A DNA stretch of 64,000 bases from an uncultured delta proteobacterium (GCA_963841435.1 CAWJCS010000006.1:1152001-1216000); one strand, 5' to 3'; shown: positions 29,488 through 40,070, counted from the first letter of the stretch. Translations and numbers: made by a program. The notes: generated by a model from the sequence alone, not told the origin.

Positions 29488-31282
29488 CGCTCATCGATTT
29501 CATCCTCGTCGTCGTCAAGGTCGTGCTCGTCGTGCTCACCATGATGAACCTCGCGGTCCTTCTGACCTGGGCCGACCGGCGCCAGGGTGCGATGATCCAG
29601 GACCGCGTGGGTCCGAACCGCGCCGTCATCTGGCTGCCGACGCGGCTCGCGCAGGGGCTCGCCGTGGGTCCGGCGCTTGGCGCCGCGGCGCTGGTCAGCT
29701 TCCTCGCGTTCGGCCACCTCGCGGGCATCGGCGTGGCCCCCGAAGGTCCCGCCCGTACGACGGCGGCCATGGCGTTCAGCCAGCTCGCCATCCTCTTCAC
29801 GTGGGCCACGGCCGCCATGATCTCGGGCCGCGCCCGCGCGCGCGGTCCGCGCTCGAAGTTCGACCTCTGGATACAGGACTCTTCGCCGCGGACGATCTTC
29901 GTGGGCGGCCTCGTCGCTCACCTCGGCACGCTGCTCGTGGGCTCGGCGCTGCGCGGCACCGAGCTCGGCTCGCTCCTGCGCGACGTGGGTTACGGCGGCG
30001 GCGCCGGCGTGCTCCTGTTCGCGATCCTGTTCGGAGCCGGCTACGCCGCTCACGCGATTCGCAACGAGCCGCGCGTCGGCCTCCGGCTGATCGGCACGCT
30101 GCACGCGGCCGCCGACGGGCTCAAGACGCTGTGGAAGGAAGACTTCATTCCGCCGAACGCGGATCGGCTGCTGCACAGCCTCGCGCCGATGATCTCGTTC
30201 TTCCCGGCGCTCGCCGTGTTCGCCGTCATTCCCTTCGGTGACACGCTCTGTTTCGGCGTCGATGCCGAGACGGCACATCGACCTCATGAAGCTCGCGCAC
30301 GCCGTGCCCCGCGACGGCATCTGCACCGACGGCGCCGTGGCGCTGCAGGTCGCGAACCTCAACGTCGGCCTGCTCTACTTCTTCGCTCTCGCCGGCACGG
30401 GCATCGTGGGCGCCGCGCTCGCGGGCTGGGCCAGCGACAACAAGTACAGCCTGCTCGGCGGCCTGCGCGCCGCGAGCCAGATGGTCTCCTACGAGGTGAC
30501 CATGGGCCTCGCGCTGATCGGCGCCATGATGGTGTACGGCACGCTGCGCCTCGACGAGATGGTGCGCTGGCAGACGACGCACACCTGGGGCATCTTCGTG
30601 CAGCCGCTCGCGTTCTTCTTGTTCTTCGCGGCGGCCGTCGCCGAGTCCAAGCGCATTCCCTTCGATCTTCCCGAAGGCGAGAGCGAGATCGTCGCCGGCT
30701 ACTTCACCGAGTACGCCGGCATGAAGTTCGCGATGTTCTTCTTCTCGGAGTACATCGCCGTGGTCTCGTCGAGCGCGCTCATGGCGACGCTGTTCCTCGG
30801 CGGCTGGAATCTGCCGTTCGTCTTCCGCGACGGCGTGCACGTCGCGATCGGCGACAACGTGTTCTTCGAGCAGGCCATGTCGCACGGCTCGCTGGTCGTT
30901 GATCGGGGCTCTGGCGTTCCTCGGCAAGATCGTCGTGCTCTGCTGGCTCCAGCTGATGATCCGCTGGACGCTGCCGCGCTTCCGCTACGATCAGCTCATG
31001 CGCCTCGGCTGGCGCAAGCTGTTGCCCGCGTCGCTCGTGAACGTGCTCGCCACGGGGCTCGTGCTCCTGCTCGTGGATTCGGGCGGTCCGCGCTTGTTCG
31101 AGGCGCTCCGGGTGCTCTCCGACGTCAGCGTTTTGGGTCTGGCGCTCGCGGGTGTCGGGGTGGCCGTCTGGTTCCTCGTCTTCGTGGCGCGCCCCGTGCA
31201 GAAGCGGCGCATGCTCGCGTCGTCCTCCGCGCAGTTCGCGTCGTCGATGGGTGGTACCCGCAACGCTCGGATGGACGCCTGA
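29484..31282 (+). CDS. nuoH: NADH-quinone oxidoreductase subunit H, extended (frameshifts near 30270 and 30900)
   Basis: [75 protein letters not shown]. Confidence 0.92.
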
Positions 31283-31947
31283 TGGAAGCAACGAAGACGA
31301 ATCCCATGGTGCTCGGCCCGCGCAAGGTCGTGGGAAAGCCCGTTTCGCGGCCCGTGCGCAGCGCGGCCGTGCAGACCTACATTCCCGAAATCGTGAGGGG
31401 CCTCGGCATCACGATGAGCCACTTCTTTCGCAATACGAAGGAAATGGCCCTCGGCCAGCGCAACGACCCCTCGACGGAATCCGTCGAGGAGGGCATCAAC
31501 ACGGTGAGCTACCCCGAGCAGCGCCGTCCCTATCCGGCGCGCTTTCGAGGCGTGCACCGGCTGATGCACCGCGACGACGGCTCGCCGCGCTGCGTGGCGT
31601 GCCTGTGTTGTTCCACGGCCTGCCCGGCCCAGTGCATCCACATCGAAGCGGGCGAGTACCCCGAAGGCGATCCGCGGCGCGGCTACGAGCGCTTTCCGCA
31701 GCGTTTCGTGATCGACGAGCTGCGTTGCGTGTTCTGCGGGTTCTGCGTCGAAGCATGCCCTTGTGACGCCATCCGCATGGACACGGGCATGCACGCGCCG
31801 CCCTACGATTCGCGTGAGCAGTTCATCTTCGAGAAGGACCTGCTCATGAGCTTCCCGGGCCGCGACGGCTCGCACTTGACTGCGAACCCGCGTCACGAGC
31901 CGGGCGACTCGTCCCACCCCGGCGTCACTCGCGAAAAGGGGCACTGA
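31282..31947 (+). CDS. nuoI: NADH-quinone oxidoreductase subunit I
   Basis: TVSYPEQ, RFRGVH, CVACLCCSTACP and CVFCGFCVEACP. Confidence 0.95.
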   Translation: MEATKTNPMVLGPRKVVGKPVSRPVRSAAVQTYIPEIVRGLGITMSHFFRNTKEMALGQRNDPSTESVEEGINTVSYPEQRRPYPARFRGVHRLMHRDDGSPRCVACLCCSTACPAQCIHIEAGEYPEGDPRRGYERFPQRFVIDELRCVFCGFCVEACPCDAIRMDTGMHAPPYDSREQFIFEKDLLMSFPGRDGSHLTANPRHEPGDSSHPGVTREKGH

Positions 31948-31982
31948 AGCCCCCGCGGTGCTAGATCGGGGAGCCGCGCTCG

Positions 31983-33067
31983 GTGCCCCCGCGAAAGCCC
32001 GCCGCCATGCCACAGGATCTGCCAAAGGCCGCTCCCCGCGTCGTCCGAGAGCCGAAACCGGCCTGGCTCAAGGTGCGGGCGCCCGGCGGCGAGCGCTACG
32101 CCTCGCTCAAGCAGACGCTGCGTAAGCTCGACCTTTACACGGTGTGCGAGGAAGCGCGCTGCCCGAACGTCGGCGAATGCTGGGCCGCGGGCACGGCCAC
32201 CATCATGCTGCTCGGGCACACCTGCACGCGTGGCTGCCGCTTCTGTGCCGTCACGACGGGCAATCCGCGCGGCGCGTATGATCCGCGCGAGCCCGAGCAC
32301 GTGGCGCGCGCCGTCGCCGAGCTCGACCTCGCCTACGTCGTGCTCACGATGGTCGATCGCGACGATCTCATCGACGGCGGCGCGTTGCAGGTCGCGCGCA
32401 CCGTGCGCGGCCTTCGGGAACGCCGCCCCGAGCTGCTCGATCGAGACGCTCGTCGGCGATTTTCGTGGGCGGCTCGGCGACGTCGATACGGTGGTCGGTG
32501 CCGGGCGCCGACGTCTTCGCGCACAACGTGGAGGTGCACGCGTCGCCTCACGCCGACGATCCGCGACGCGCGCTGCGACTACGATGGTTCGCTCGCCGTG
32601 CTCCGTCACGCCAAGGAAGGCGCGCCTGAGCGCTTCGTGAAAAGCTCGATCATGGTGGGGATCGGAGAGACCGACGACGAGGTGCTCGAAACACTCTCGG
32701 ACCTGAGAACGTCCGGCGTCGACATCGTGACGCTGGGCCAGTACCTGAGGCCCGACGCCGAAGCACGCTCCCGTGGCGCGTTACGTCCCACCCGAGACGT
32801 TCGCGAGCTACGAGCGTGCCGCGCTCGACATGGGCTTTCGCCTTCGTCGTGGCCGGCCCGCTCGTGCGGTCGAGCTACCACGCTGCGGAAGGCTTCGTGG
32901 CGGCGCGTCGGAGCACTGCCCAAGGCTCGACCCCGAGCGTGAGTTCCACCCCGGGCGTGAAGGTGCCCCCCGATGGCTTCGTGGAGCCTCGCCCTCTGCT
33001 CGCGGCGACGAGCGCCGTGCACGGAGGCGGCCTCATCGGACCGGAGCTTTGCTCAGGCGTTCGGTGA
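31983..33067 (+). CDS. lipA: Lipoyl synthase (frameshifted)
   Basis: KPAWLK, CEEARCPNVGEC, CTRGCRFC, KSSIMVGIGE, TLGQYLRP, RSSYHA across shifting frames. Confidence 0.93.
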
Positions 33068-33179
33068 CCGGCGGGCCGAAAACCACGGATGGCACCTGAG
33101 GCCTTTCCCTGCGGAAGAGTCGGGACTAGCCTTTAAAACCCGCCAAGCTCGCGCGCTCCCCAGACCCCGAAACCCCTTC

Positions 33180-33746
33180 ATGACCGCGTCCGACTCGAGT
33201 CTCATCGGCAAGGTGGCAAAGCAGCTGAGCCGCCCGCCCTCCTACGCCGACAAGGGCCTGAAGGATTCGATCCTGGTCGCTGCCGCAGCGTCTTATGGGG
33301 CCAAGTCTCCCGACGATCTGACGCAGCCCACGGGCTTCGACCCAGAAGCCGCGCGGCTGTTCGAGGCGATCGTCGAAAGCGCATACCTCGTTGCGAACGC
33401 CGACGGAGAGTTCGACGCGACGGAGCGCGACGCGTTCCAGCACGTCGTGCTCTCGGCGTGCGATGGGCGCGTCGCCGAGCGCCAGATCATCGCACTGCTC
33501 CAGGACCTGAACGATCAGCTGGCGGAAGACGGTATCGACAAGCGGATTGAGATGGTCTCGACGGGTATCCAGCGTGGCGATCACGCGCGGGAGATCTTGC
33601 GCGTGGCGTCGTTTTTGGCACACGTGTCCGGGGGCGTGAGCGACGTGGAGCGCTCCGTGCTGGAGAAGCTCCGGGGAGCGCTCGGCCTCGATGGATCGGC
33701 CACGGCATCTGCGCTGGACGAGGTTCGAGCGGCCCTTTCCGAGTAG
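33180..33746 (+). CDS. TerB family (tellurite resistance-like) protein
   Basis: LVANADGEFDATER and AHVSGGVSDVERSVLEKLRGALGL match the two TerB-type motifs. Confidence 0.75.
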   Translation: MTASDSSLIGKVAKQLSRPPSYADKGLKDSILVAAAASYGAKSPDDLTQPTGFDPEAARLFEAIVESAYLVANADGEFDATERDAFQHVVLSACDGRVAERQIIALLQDLNDQLAEDGIDKRIEMVSTGIQRGDHAREILRVASFLAHVSGGVSDVERSVLEKLRGALGLDGSATASALDEVRAALSE

Positions 33747-33773
33747 CCGGCCCGCGGGGGCCAGGCGGAAACC

Positions 33774-34943
33774 GTGCCGCGCGACGCGACGCGTCGTGCG
33801 GCCCCGATTGAGACGATGAAGCGAGCACAGAACCGCCCTTTCCCGTACGACGACCCGAGCGCGATCGTCAGCGTGCTTCAGAGCGACGGTAGCCTCGACG
33901 AAGAGCACGACCCGGGGCTCAGTAGCGCCGAGGTCGTGAGCATCTATCGCAGTCTCGTGGAGACTCGCGCCTTCGACGAGCGCTTCACGGCGCTGCAGCG
34001 CCAGGGGCGCATCGGCTTCCACGTCGGCTCGCTGGGCGAGGAGGCGGCGATCCTCGGCTCGGCCTTCGCGATGCGGCAAAAGGACTGGCTGTTCCCCTGC
34101 TACCGCGAGTTCGGCGCGGCTCTCATGCGCGGGCTGCCGTTCCAGAAGCTCGTCGACAACATGTTCGGCAACGCGAACGATACCGTCAAGGGGCGGCAGA
34201 TGCCCTGCCACTACACGTGTCGCGCGATCGGTTGGGCGTCGATCAGCTCGCCCGTGGGGACGCAGATCACGCACGCCGTGGGCTTCGCCTGGGCCGCGAA
34301 GATCCGCCGCGAGGACGTGGCATCGCTCGTCTACTTCGGCGACGGCGCGACGAGCTCTTCCGATTTTCACAGCGGCGTGAACTTCGCGGGAGTGTTCCGC
34401 CTGCCCGTGGTGTTCTTGTGTCGCAACAACGGCTGGGCCATCAGCGTGCCCGTGGAACGCCAGACGGCGACGCAGACCTTCGCGGAAAAGGCCGTCGCGT
34501 ACGGCATTCCCGGCGTGCGCGTCGACGGAAACGACGTGTTCGCCGTGATTTCGGCGACCCAGAAGGCGGTGGAGCGGGGCGCTCGGGGCGAGGGGCCGAC
34601 GTTGATCGAAGCCATCACCTACCGCATGGGTGGCCACTCGACGAGCGACGACCCGAATCGCTACCGCGCCACCGAGGCGCTCGAGGCCTGGGCGGCGCGC
34701 GACCCCATCGAGCGTCTGCGGAGCTACCTCGCGCTCAACGACCTCTGGCACGCCGACGACCAGCAGAAACTCGAGGCCGACATCGACCGACGTTTCCGCG
34801 AGGCCGTGGCGCTCGCCGAACGCACGCCGCCGCCACCCCTCGAGACGATGTTCGACGACGTCTACGCGAGCGTCCCGTGGCACTTGGCCGAGCAGCGCAA
34901 CGAGCTCTTGCGCGGGCCGCGCGCGCCAGGGAGCCACGGGTAG
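33774..34943 (+). CDS. 2-oxoacid dehydrogenase E1 alpha (branched-chain/pyruvate, heterotetramer type)
   Basis: [16 protein letters not shown]...NNGWAIS TPP motif, [13 protein letters not shown]. Confidence 0.92.
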   Translation: MPRDATRRAAPIETMKRAQNRPFPYDDPSAIVSVLQSDGSLDEEHDPGLSSAEVVSIYRSLVETRAFDERFTALQRQGRIGFHVGSLGEEAAILGSAFAMRQKDWLFPCYREFGAALMRGLPFQKLVDNMFGNANDTVKGRQMPCHYTCRAIGWASISSPVGTQITHAVGFAWAAKIRREDVASLVYFGDGATSSSDFHSGVNFAGVFRLPVVFLCRNNGWAISVPVERQTATQTFAEKAVAYGIPGVRVDGNDVFAVISATQKAVERGARGEGPTLIEAITYRMGGHSTSDDPNRYRATEALEAWAARDPIERLRSYLALNDLWHADDQQKLEADIDRRFREAVALAERTPPPPLETMFDDVYASVPWHLAEQRNELLRGPRAPGSHG

Positions 34944-34950
34944 GGTCGGG

Positions 34951-35927
34951 ATGTCGCAGATCAACATGGTCCAGGCCATCAACGATGCCCTTCGCGTCGC
35001 CATGCGGGAGGACGCGCGGGTCGTCGTGATGGGTGAGGACGTCGGTAAGGTGGGCGGCGTTTTCCGCGTCACCGCGGGACTGCACGACGAGTTCGGCGAG
35101 GAGCGCGTCATCGACACGCCGCTCAGCGAGAACGGCATCGTCGGCTCGGCCGTGGGGATGGCGCTCTACGGCATGTGCCCGGTCGTCGAGATCCAGTTCG
35201 CCGATTTCATCTGGCCCGCCTACGACCAGATCGTCAACGAGCTTGCCAAGTATCGCTATCGGTCGGGAGGCGACCACTCCGCCAAGATCGTGATCCGCAC
35301 ACCCGTCGGGGGCGGCATCCGCGGCGGGCACTACCACTCACAACATCCCGAGGCGGCGTTCGTGAGCGTACCGGGGCTCAAGGTCGTGATCCCGTCGAAC
35401 CCCTACGACGCCAAGGGCTTGTTGCTCGCCGCCATACGCGATCCCGATCCGGTCGTCTTTCTCGAGCCGAAGCGCGTCTATCGTGCCGCCAAGGGCGAGG
35501 TGCCCGAGGGCTCCTACAGCGTGCCGCTCGAGTCGGCCACGCATCGCGCGCGCCGGTCGTCACGTCACGGTGCTCGCTTACGGCGCCATGCTCTACGAGG
35601 CACTCGATGCCGCGCAGAAAGCCGCCCAGAAGGGCGTCGAGGCGGAGGTCATCGACCTCCGGACGCTCTGGCCCGTGGACATCGTCACCATTCTCGACAG
35701 CGTGAAACGCACCGGACGTCTCGATCATCGTCCACGAGGCTCCCCGGACGGGGGGCTTCGGCGCCGAGCTCGTCAGCCTGGTGACCGAGCGCGCGTTCTT
35801 CCACCTCGAGGCGCCGCCCATTCGGGTCACGGGCTTCGACACGCCGTTCCCGTACACGTTGGAGATGGAGTACCTGCCGCTCTCGCACCGGATTTTGCCG
35901 GCGATCCTCGGGGCGGTTCACCCGTGA
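34951..35927 (+). CDS. 2-oxoacid dehydrogenase E1 beta (two frameshifts)
   Basis: [56 protein letters not shown]; frames shift near 35540 and 35720. Confidence 0.9.
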
Positions 35928-35973
35928 CCCGGTAGACACTCGGCTCGCCCCGGGCTAGAACCGCGCAGCAAGA

Positions 35974-37296
35974 ATGTCGAAGCTCGAGTTCAAGCTGCCT
36001 GACATCGGTGAGGGAGTCACCGAAGGCGAGATCGTCAACTGGCTCGTCCAGGAGGGCGACCCCGTGGCCGAGAACCAGGAGATGGTCGAGGTCATGACGG
36101 ACAAGGCGACCGTCACCATCGGCGCGCCAAAAGCCGGCAAAGTGGCCGAGCGCCGCTTCAAGGTGGGCGACACCGTCCCCGTCGGCGAGATCCTCATCGT
36201 CATCGAGCTCTCTGGCGGCGGTGCGGCTGTCGAGGCACCGAAGGCCGCGCCCGCTCCGGCTCCGGCCGCCGCGAGCTCGAGCGGACCGGTTGCGAGCGCC
36301 GTCGGGGATATCCGCGAGACGCTGCCGGGTATGACGCCCTCGCCGGCTCCAGCCCCCGCCGTCTCGCCGAAGAACGGCGACTTCTTCTCGGACAAGCCGC
36401 TCGCCGCTCCCGCCACGCGCAAGCTCGCCCGCGAGCTCGGCGTCGACCTCCGTCGCGTGGAGCCGTCCGGCTCGTCGGGGCGCGTGACGCGCGAAGACGT
36501 CGAGCGTCACGCCCAGGGGGCGCCCGCCGCTGCGGCGCCGGCCCCGGCTGCCGCGCCGCCGCCCGCCGCCGCACCCCCGCCCAAGGCGAGCGCGGGCGAC
36601 GAGCGCGTCCCCGTGCGTGGCCTGCGCAAGCGGATCTGGGAAAACATGGCGCGGTCGAAGCACACGGCCGCCCACTTCAACTACGTCGACGAATGCGACG
36701 TCGGGCGGCTGATCGAGCTGCGCGACCGTGCCAAGCCCCACGCCGAACGAGCGGGTGTCAAGCTCACCTTCCTGCCCTTCATCGTGAAGGCGGTCGTCGC
36801 GGCGCTGAAGCTGCACCCGCGCCTGAACACGCTCGTCGACGAGCAGGCGATGGAGCTCGTCGTCAAGAAGAGCTACGACATCGGCATCGCCATGGCGACC
36901 GACGCGGGCCTCATGGTGCCCGTCGTTCGCGGCGCGGATCGCTTGAGCGTCCTCGACATCGGGCGCGAGATCGACCGGCTCGCCAGCGCGGCGCGCGATG
37001 GAAAATCGCAACGCGAGGATCTCGGCGGGTCGACCTTCACCGTGAGCTCGCTAGGCAAGCTCGGGGGCCTGCTCGCGCCACCCATCATCAATCACCCGGA
37101 GGTGGGGATCATGGGCGTCCACGCGATCAAGAAGCGCCCCGTGGTGCGCGGCAACGAGATCGTCGTCGGCGACATCATGCTCCTCAGCTTCTCGTTCGAT
37201 CACCGCATCATCGACGGCGACGTCGGCGCTCTGTTCGCGCAGGAAGTGATCAGCTTTCTCGAGAATCCCGACCGACTTTTGCTCGAAATGAGCTAG
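35974..37296 (+). CDS. Dihydrolipoamide acyltransferase E2
   Basis: Lipoyl domain (VMTDKAT), PSBD (AAPATRKLARELGVDL), catalytic DHRIIDG. Confidence 0.95.
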   Translation: MSKLEFKLPDIGEGVTEGEIVNWLVQEGDPVAENQEMVEVMTDKATVTIGAPKAGKVAERRFKVGDTVPVGEILIVIELSGGGAAVEAPKAAPAPAPAAASSSGPVASAVGDIRETLPGMTPSPAPAPAVSPKNGDFFSDKPLAAPATRKLARELGVDLRRVEPSGSSGRVTREDVERHAQGAPAAAAPAPAAAPPPAAAPPPKASAGDERVPVRGLRKRIWENMARSKHTAAHFNYVDECDVGRLIELRDRAKPHAERAGVKLTFLPFIVKAVVAALKLHPRLNTLVDEQAMELVVKKSYDIGIAMATDAGLMVPVVRGADRLSVLDIGREIDRLASAARDGKSQREDLGGSTFTVSSLGKLGGLLAPPIINHPEVGIMGVHAIKKRPVVRGNEIVVGDIMLLSFSFDHRIIDGDVGALFAQEVISFLENPDRLLLEMS

Positions 37297-37445
37297 GTTT
37301 CTGCTGCACGGCCGTTCGGCCTACATGCGCGCCCAGCCTCCCACATCGGCGCACCAGAAAACGCGAAGGTCAGACGAACGACGGCGTCGAGACCTCCGAA
37401 GCTCTCGCCTCGTCGAGGTTTCGGGGTTACCATTTTGATTCTGAA

Positions 37446-38492
37446 GTGTCTCGTTCCCAGGCAGCCATCGCACGCCGCTTCGGTGTGATTGCCGCACTGG
37501 TCGTCGTCACGGCGACCGGGTGGGCACACGCTCAAGGTGCGGAGCCGACGCCCGCCGAGCTGAAGGAAGCCGCCGAGGCCTTCGACCACGGACGCGAGGC
37601 ATACAAGGCCGAGCGTTTCGCAGAAGCAGCCGACCAGTTCGAGCTCGCCGATTCGAGCGCCCCGAGCAGCACGGCGCTCGGCCTCGCCCTTCGCTCTCGG
37701 GACAGGGCGGGCGATCTCGACCGCGCGGGGACGCTGGCGGCGCTGGCTCTCGAGCGTTACCCCGACGACCCGGACATCGCAAAAGTCGCCCCCGACGTGC
37801 TCACGCGCGCGCGCAGCGAGCTTTACGAGATCACGATCAGCTGCGACGAGGCCTGCGAGCTCGCGGACGGTACCAAGGTCGTGCACGGCGCGGCCGCCCG
37901 GCAACGCACGGTCTTTCTGACGTCGGGCACGCACGAGCTGCGTGCCGGGTTCGCCGACGGGCGCACGGTCGACAAGTCCGTCGGCGCCATCCCGGGCACG
38001 AACGGGACGCTTTCCTTCGAAGCGCCACCGCCCGAGCCCGAGGTCGCGGCCCCATCGGAGCCCGAGCCCGTGATCGCGTCCACAACGCCCGAGCCGACGC
38101 TCGACGAGGAGCCCAAGAAGCCCGGCGGGCTTTCGCCGGTCGTGTTCTACGTCGCGGCCGGAGCGACGGTCGTTGCGGTGGGTGTCACGGTTTGGAGCGG
38201 CCTCGATACCCTGAAAAATCCGGGCCAGGACCGCGTGCGCACGGAATGCCGGGAAGGCGACGTGAGCTGCCCGACCTACAAAGCTGGCCTCGCTCACCAG
38301 CGTCGCACCAACATCCTGATCGGGGTCACCGCCGGCCTCGGGGTCGCCACGGGCTTGATCGCTGCGCTCGCGGTGAACTGGAGCGGCGACTCCGCGCCCG
38401 CACAGGATGCCAAGCTCCACCCAGGGCCACGTGTCGAGCCGTTCATGGCGTTCGGTGACGGCGCCACGCTCGGCGCGCGGGGGACCTTCTGA
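37446..38492 (+). CDS. Secreted TPR/PEGA-like protein with C-terminal TM segments
   Basis: Signal peptide ending AHA, TPR-like AFDHGREAYKAERFAEAADQF, beta domain, Pro-rich linker, two hydrophobic segments; coupled to the kinase (TGATG). Start uncertain. Confidence 0.7.
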   Translation: MSRSQAAIARRFGVIAALVVVTATGWAHAQGAEPTPAELKEAAEAFDHGREAYKAERFAEAADQFELADSSAPSSTALGLALRSRDRAGDLDRAGTLAALALERYPDDPDIAKVAPDVLTRARSELYEITISCDEACELADGTKVVHGAAARQRTVFLTSGTHELRAGFADGRTVDKSVGAIPGTNGTLSFEAPPPEPEVAAPSEPEPVIASTTPEPTLDEEPKKPGGLSPVVFYVAAGATVVAVGVTVWSGLDTLKNPGQDRVRTECREGDVSCPTYKAGLAHQRRTNILIGVTAGLGVATGLIAALAVNWSGDSAPAQDAKLHPGPRVEPFMAFGDGATLGARGTF

Positions 38493-39955
38493 TGGTCGCG
38501 GCGCGGCTGTTCGAGCCCGGCACCGGTCGGCAGCGCGTCGATCGCTACGATCTCGTCGGCGAGATCGCCTCGGGCGGCATGGCCACCGTCTTCCTCGCGC
38601 GGCTCACGGGCGTGGGAGGGTTCCAGCGCTTCGTGGCGATCAAGCGGCTGCATCCGCACCTGGCCGGCGAGCAGGAGTTCGTGGAGATGTTCCTCGACGA
38701 GGCGCGCCTCGCCGCGGGTATCCACCACCCGAACGTCGTTTCCATCGTCGAGGTGGGGGCGAGCCCGCTCGGCTACTACCTCGTGATGGAGTACATCGAG
38801 GGGGATACGCTCGCGAGGCTCCTCGCGCGGGCCGCAGGCAAGGGTCAGCGGCTGCCCACGCCCATTGCGTTGCGCATCGTGCTCGACACGCTGTTCGGCC
38901 TGCACGGCGCTCACGAGCTCAAGGACGACAAGGGCAAGATCCTCGAGCTCGTCCACCGCGACGTTTCCCCGCAAAATGTGCTGGTCGGTATCGACGGCGC
39001 GGCACGCATCACCGACTTCGGCGTAGCGCGATCGATGAGCCGACTCACGTCGACGCGCGTCGGCCAGCTCAAGGGCAAGCTCGCTTACATGGCGCCGGAG
39101 CAGGCCCAGGGGGAAGGACTCGACCGCCGCGCCGACGTGTTCTCGGCGGGCATTCTCATCTGGGAGACGCTCGCGGCGAAGCGCCTGTTCAAGGCAGAGA
39201 ACGAGGCCGCCACGCTCTCGCGCGTGATGAACGAGCCCATTCCGGACCTTTTCCGCGTCGCGCCGCACCTGAGCCGTGAGCTCTCCGCCGTGGTCAAGCG
39301 CGCGCTCGACCGCGATCGGAACCGGCGTTTCTCGACCACACAGCAGTTCGCGGAGGCGATCGAGATCGCGGCAAAGGATCGCGACGGCATCGCTTCGGCG
39401 CGGGACGTGGCGGCCTTCGTCAAGGAGATGATCGGCCAGGAGATCGAGCAGCAGCGCGAGGCCGTGCGCGCCTGGCTCGCTCGCAGCGAGCCGAGCGAGG
39501 TGGGTGCGCTCGCCCAGCCCCAGGCGCCGTCGAGCGTTTCCGTGGCGGCGATGTCGTTGCCTGGCGAGGGCTCGCGCAGCGTCACGCACGAGGCGCTGTC
39601 GGGCGTGATGGCGCCGCGGCGCTCGAAGGCGCCGCTCGTCGCGCTCGTCATCCTGCTCTTCGGAGCAGCGGGGGCCGGGGGCTTCTTGGCGCTCGCGCAG
39701 TCAGCGCCGCCCGCCCCGACGGCCATCGTCGTGCCCGTTCCGGTCCCGCCGCCGGAGGCCCCCAAGCCGGCGGGGAGGTCGGAGCCCACTGCCGCGCCGG
39801 GCGAGACGGCGACCGTCGCCCCGGTGTCCCCGTCAGCGCTCCCGACGGCGACGGCGGAGCCCTCGACCCTCTCGCCCAAGCCCGCCCCACGGGCCCCGGT
39901 GCGCCCGCGGAAGAAGAAAGACGACGCGCTGGACGTGAGAAACCCGTACCGTTAG
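38492..39955 (+). CDS. Hanks-type Ser/Thr protein kinase with TM and Pro-rich tail
   Basis: IASGGMATV, VAIK, HRDVSPQN, DFG, YMAPE, DVFSAG; C-terminal NPY. Confidence 0.96.
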   Translation: MVAARLFEPGTGRQRVDRYDLVGEIASGGMATVFLARLTGVGGFQRFVAIKRLHPHLAGEQEFVEMFLDEARLAAGIHHPNVVSIVEVGASPLGYYLVMEYIEGDTLARLLARAAGKGQRLPTPIALRIVLDTLFGLHGAHELKDDKGKILELVHRDVSPQNVLVGIDGAARITDFGVARSMSRLTSTRVGQLKGKLAYMAPEQAQGEGLDRRADVFSAGILIWETLAAKRLFKAENEAATLSRVMNEPIPDLFRVAPHLSRELSAVVKRALDRDRNRRFSTTQQFAEAIEIAAKDRDGIASARDVAAFVKEMIGQEIEQQREAVRAWLARSEPSEVGALAQPQAPSSVSVAAMSLPGEGSRSVTHEALSGVMAPRRSKAPLVALVILLFGAAGAGGFLALAQSAPPAPTAIVVPVPVPPPEAPKPAGRSEPTAAPGETATVAPVSPSALPTATAEPSTLSPKPAPRAPVRPRKKKDDALDVRNPYR

Positions 39956-39979
39956 ACGTGACGCCGCTCGATGGCCCGG

Positions 39980-40008
39980 TTGACAGGCCTCGGGGCGACT
40001 GCTAGTTG
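39980..40008 (+). promoter_or_regulatory. Putative sigma70 promoter of the prs operon
   Basis: TTGACA at 39980-39985, 17-nt spacer, TGC-TAGTTG (extended -10-like). Confidence 0.45.
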
Positions 40009-40070
40009 TCCGCTCCCCGCCGGGCGGCCGCTCGGAAGAGTGCCGTAATTTCGCGGGTTTATGGTTAGCC

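Noticed and set aside
27252-30902. Apparent 1216-aa NuoD-NuoG-NuoH fusion ORF
   Set aside because: A patchwork of in-frame and out-of-frame segments produced by frameshifts; each subunit has its own start and stop.
30238-31947. Apparent NuoH-NuoI fusion (569 aa)
   Set aside because: A frameshift near 30900 moves the true NuoH end to 30899-31282; nuoI starts at the TGATG junction.
25830-33067. Programmed frameshifting or phase variation in nuo/lipA
   Set aside because: Indels are scattered, not at slippery heptamers or long homopolymers, and too numerous; sequencing error is more parsimonious.
39956-40070. Possible tRNA-Gln upstream of prs, a common position
   Set aside because: No cloverleaf, T-loop GTTCGA or CCA end is visible.
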